Part shown: piece after piece, positions 63,461 through 64,000 of the stretch
Numbering within the stretch: the stretch's first letter is position 1
Layout of the letters: every line of letters begins with the position of its first letter
Origin: Chiloscyllium plagiosum
Lineage: Eukaryota
Direction: 5' to 3'
Assembly: GCF_004010195.1 (NCBI RefSeq)
Contig: NC_057719.1
Location: 34,027,981 to 34,091,980 of the forward strand
DNA length: 64,000 bases
The notes under the pieces: generated by a model
The model's input: the letters and a program-made list of their open reading frames with translations, nothing else
The model's database searches: none
Told to the model about the DNA's origin: nothing
Program-made: the position numbers and the translations under genes

Positions 63461-64000
63461 TTTTATGCTTGAATAATGTGAGAAAGTGGGAAAAATCAGC
63501 TGATTCTCAGCAATTATGTGTTAGATTATGTGATGTTCCAGTGACCAGGCAATGAGACAAGAGCAATACTAAATAAATCAGTCACTGAAATATTTATTTC
63601 TTTTTCTGATAATTACAAAGTTTTCCTTCCTCAGTATATGCTTGTGGAATGATGCAAAGAAAATGTTTCAAAAACTTTTACCAAGTAAAGTTTGGAATCA
63701 GTTTTGACAATTAAAATAAAACACTGCAAATTCACAACTAAGAATCTAGCATTACCTTTCCATAGTTGCTGTTGTAAATTACATTGGTGACCCCTTCCGA
63801 TGATGCAGACTTTGCACAAACACATTGTAACTGCATTATATTCCTCAAATGCTCTCCTTCCTATTTGCAGTGCAAGTCAGTACTTCCTTAATTATTGACT
63901 ATCCACTGCATCCAACCCTTTGAAATCCCTGAGGTTGGGTTTCAGAGAGCACTTGTATTCCAGTTTTCAGATATGCTACAGGAGGCACTGAGTCCAGATG

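Overview
Vertebrate genomic DNA. The repeat content (HE1/V-SINEs, Deu-domain SINEs, many CR1 LINEs, Penelope-like elements) points to a cartilaginous fish, probably a shark. I found no intact host gene; nearly all listed ORFs are transposon fragments or their antisense shadows. The window is a nested mosaic of decayed CR1, Rex1/Babar, RTE and Tx1 LINE pieces, a Gypsy remnant, a solo LTR, Harbinger and hAT transposase fossils, a Tc1/pogo MITE, and about 15-20 short Penelope-like element (PLE) insertions carrying minimal hammerhead ribozyme (HHR) motifs of four sequence types. The most notable structure is at 15792-19620: a head-to-tail 299/281-bp HHR-containing mini-PLE array (retrozyme-like) plus a second PLE piece bracket about 3 kb of older DNA, and the whole block splits one Tx1 ORF2. 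Also notable are fold-back PLE insertions with target-site duplications (TSDs), three PLE insertions within about 100 bp of one CR1 RT region, and 91-bp monomers in a CR1 5' UTR. Family assignments come from motif recognition by eye, not database searches, and boundaries of decayed elements are approximate.
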